Source: Anaeramoeba ignava BMAN (Eukaryota; Protista; Anaeramoebae). From it: a stretch of DNA of 64,000 bases. The stretch spans positions 62,001-126,000 of the forward strand of contig JAPDFW010000074.1 of the NCBI GenBank assembly GCA_028826165.1. Reading direction: 5' to 3'. Below the pieces are notes generated by a model that saw nothing but the letters and a program-made list of their open reading frames with translations, did no database searches and was not told the origin of the DNA. The stretch's first letter is position 1; every line of letters starts with the position of its first letter. Made by a program: the position numbers and the translations under genes. Shown piece by piece: positions 61,263 through 64,000 of the stretch.

Positions 61263-63478
61263 ATGTCACTTACTAATTATTTTCCTTCAAATCAACAAGA
61301 AAGCAAACCAGTTTATGCAATTCTTTCCATTCTTCATGTAAGTATTTTAATTTATTTTGTTTTGATCTCATAAAACCCCCTTTTTTTGTCTTTTTGTTTT
61401 GAATTTATTTTTGAATTTGTTTTTGTTTTAATTTTTGTTTTAATTTTTGTTTTCGTTAAATCAAATTATAAATTAATATTATATTCTTATTCATAAGCAA
61501 AAAAAAAAACTTTTTAAAAATGTAAAATTTTTAATTTAAATTTTTATCTGATCTTCGATAATTTAATATAAAATGTAGATTTTTTTTTTTTTGCATTATA
61601 AATTTGGAATTTGTATTTATATTTTAATTTAAAAAAATTTTTTTTCTTTATTATAAGAGATATATTGACGTATATTTTTGGATTTTTTTAGAAATAATTT
61701 TGGAATTTATATTTAATTAATGAATACTATTTACCTCTCTAAAAACCAATTTTTTAATAAATATTATTTATATTTAAATTTATATTTTATTTATAAATAT
61801 TATTTACATATTAATTTATATTTTATTTATAAATATTATTTATATATTAATTTATATATTATTTATAAATATTATTTACATATAAATTTATATTTTATTT
61901 ATAAATATTATTTACATTTTAATTTATATTTTATTTATAATTATTATTTTACATTTAAATTTTATTATTTTATTTATAAATATTATTTACATTTAAATTT
62001 ATATTTTATTTATAAATATTATTTACATATTAATTTATATTTTATTAATAAATATTATTTACATATTAATTTATATTTTATTTATAAATATTATTTATAT
62101 TTTAATTTATATTTATTTATATAAATATTATTTATATATATTAAATTTATATTTTATTTATAAATATTATTTATATATAAATTTATATTTTATTTATAAA
62201 TATTATTTATATATAAATTTATATTTTATTTATAAATATTATTTATATATAAATTTATATTTTATTTATAAATATTATTTACATATAAATTTATATTTTA
62301 TTTATAAATATTATTTACATTTAAATTTATATTTTATTTATAAATATTATTTATATTTAAATTTATATTTTATTTATAAATATTATTTATATTTAAATTT
62401 ATATTTTATTTATAAATATTATTTACATATAAATTTATATTTTATTTATAATTATTATTTACATTTAAATTTATATTTTATTAATAAATATTATTTACAT
62501 TTAAATTTATATTTTATTAATAATTATTATTTACATTTAAATTTATTTATTATTTAAATAGGAAATGTCAGTTCCCAAAGTTGATCCACTCCCTAAAACA
62601 ATCAGAACACTTGAATTTGAAAACAAAGTAAAAGCAAATCGTAAGAGACAAACACCTCCACAAAAAACACAATTTGAAAACAATCAAGAATTTGAAACTG
62701 AAATAAAAATGCCACGAATCGAACAAAGTAATGATAAATATCCATCACCAAATTCAGTTCCAACAAAAGATTCACCACAAGAATTATTCATACAAACAAA
62801 TCCAAAAAAGAATGATTTAAACTCAACAAAAGAAAGTGCAATAATGAAAAAAAAGGAAAACAAAGAAAATTCGAATGAAAATAAAAATCAAATCAAAAAT
62901 CAACTCGAAAATCAACCACAAATTCAAAATTCAATTCGTCAAAATTCAAGACAAAATTCACCTCAACCAAATGTTCGTAAATTAAGACTTCAAGACTACC
63001 AACAAAGAAGAAAAGAAAAACAAAATGAAATTCATAATGATTCTGAAAGAGATTCTATTCGTTCTGTTGAATCTTCTCCTTTTCTTCATCAATCTCCTTT
63101 TGTTTCTTCTTTATTAACTTCTCCAAATTTTCATGAAGAATCAAAAAATTTCGAACAAATTGCAGATGGTCTTTTCCAAAAAGGAAGGGAACTTAAACAC
63201 AAAGGAAACAAAATTGAAAATGTATTTGATATTTTTGAAATTTTTTTAATTGAATTCTCTGAATTAAATTTAAAAAAATTTTACAATCCAATTTAAAAAA
63301 TAATTATAAAAAAAAAATCAAAATGAAAAAAAAAATCAAAATGAAAATAAAAATCAAAAAAATAATATAAATATTTTTAATATTAATTATAACTAAAATA
63401 TTTAAACAGAAAAAGGAACAATTTGAAGTATTTTTCCGTTCTGGGATCATGTTTATGGAAGGAGGAGAATATTATGAG
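61263..63478 (+). CDS. AF4/FMR2 (AFF) C-terminal-homology-domain-like protein, 3'-incomplete (continues beyond window)
   Basis: Exons 61263-61337, 62562-63221, 63410-63478, all phase 0. A disordered S/P/Q-rich region precedes 'ADGLFQKGRELKHKGNKIENKKEQFEVFFRSGIMFMEGGEYYE'. Confidence 0.55.
61755..62555 (+). repeat. Intronic ~36-bp tandem repeat (ATAAATATTATTTACATTTAAATTTATATTTTATTT)n
   Basis: About 20 copies in intron 1 of the AFF-like gene. Confidence 0.85.
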
Positions 63479-63554
63479 GTTGGAGATCATTAATTTTTTA
63501 AAAAAACAAAAATAATTAATCATTTCTAAAAAGAAAGAAAAAAAAAGAGAAAAA

Positions 63555-64000
63555 AATGATTATAAATAATTATTGAAATAATTATAAATAATTATAAATA
63601 ATTATAAATGATTATAAATAATTATTGAAATAATTATAAATATTTACAAAAAAAATTATAAAAATAAAAATTATTAAAATAATTATAAATAATTATTAAA
63701 ATAATATAAATAATTATTAAAATAATTATAAATAATTATTAAAATAATTATAAATAATTATTAAAATAATTATAAATAATCAATTAAAATAATTATAAAT
63801 GATTATTGAAATAATTATTGAATTATTATTGAAATATCAAAATGATTATTGAAATAATTATAAATAATTATAAATGATTATAAATAATTATAAATGATTA
63901 TTGAAATGATTATTAATAATTATAAATAATTATAAATAATTATAAATAATTATAAATGATTTATAAATAATTATAAATGATTATAAATAATTATAAATGA
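63555..64000 (+). repeat. Intronic (ATAAATAATT)n repeat
   Basis: Follows the GT donor at 63479 and runs to the window end. Confidence 0.8.

Noticed and set aside
4079-62124. Dozens of ORF-track entries such as (IL)n, (KI)n, (FN)n, (LYLI)n, (DL)n and (YKFN)n
   Set aside because: They are alternative-frame or antisense readings of microsatellites in introns or coding tracts; stop-free repeat units produce them automatically.
1-64000. Genome-wide stop-codon reassignment (TAA/TAG = Gln)
   Set aside because: Conserved proteins (DHDDS, SNF1, OCRL, carboxypeptidase, flavodiiron) end at TAA and have no internal TAR codons; only one local anomaly exists (31428-31460).
1-64000. Inteins, transposases, reverse transcriptases, rRNA/tRNA genes, telomeric repeats
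   Set aside because: No Hint-domain ends, DDE/RT motifs, terminal repeats, GC-rich structured RNA segments or G-rich telomere units were recognised by eye; a covariance-model scan was not possible.

Overview
Extremely AT-rich, gene-dense, intron-containing eukaryotic DNA read with the standard genetic code; TAA and TGA are the stops in the models built. A class F flavodiiron gene and Trichomonas-like TCATTTT initiator motifs suggest an anaerobic metamonad-type protist, possibly Anaeramoeba-like (inference). I reconstructed 20 protein-coding genes by hand, most with several GT-AG exons: Fcf2, Sds3-like, divergent Sec23-like, DNAJC17/Cwf23, a coiled-coil protein, OCRL/INPP5B, GID8, cis-prenyltransferase, AMPK/SNF1 alpha, S10 carboxypeptidase, a CH plus multi-PH-like protein, a Q/N-rich protein, ATG16, a C2-MUN protein, a PH-PH-Ubl protein, a flavodiiron-rubredoxin-reductase fusion, TRAPPC12, TACC, GIGYF-like and an AFF-like gene running off the end. 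Most short ORFs in the track are artefacts of simple repeats. The most notable signals are architectural. Synonymous sites switch from A to T along each exon and reset at repeat tracts. About half of the 3' splice sites are AAG, often after A-runs instead of pyrimidine tracts. Tandem TCATTTT motifs precede almost every ATG. Long introns are built from their own microsatellites. There is an obligatory 4-nt microexon, and a bacterial-type O2/NO-detoxification fusion gene is split by a 2.36-kb satellite intron at a domain border. Several frameshifts and in-frame stops are present and may be assembly errors. No RNA genes, CRISPR arrays, inteins or transposons were recognised.
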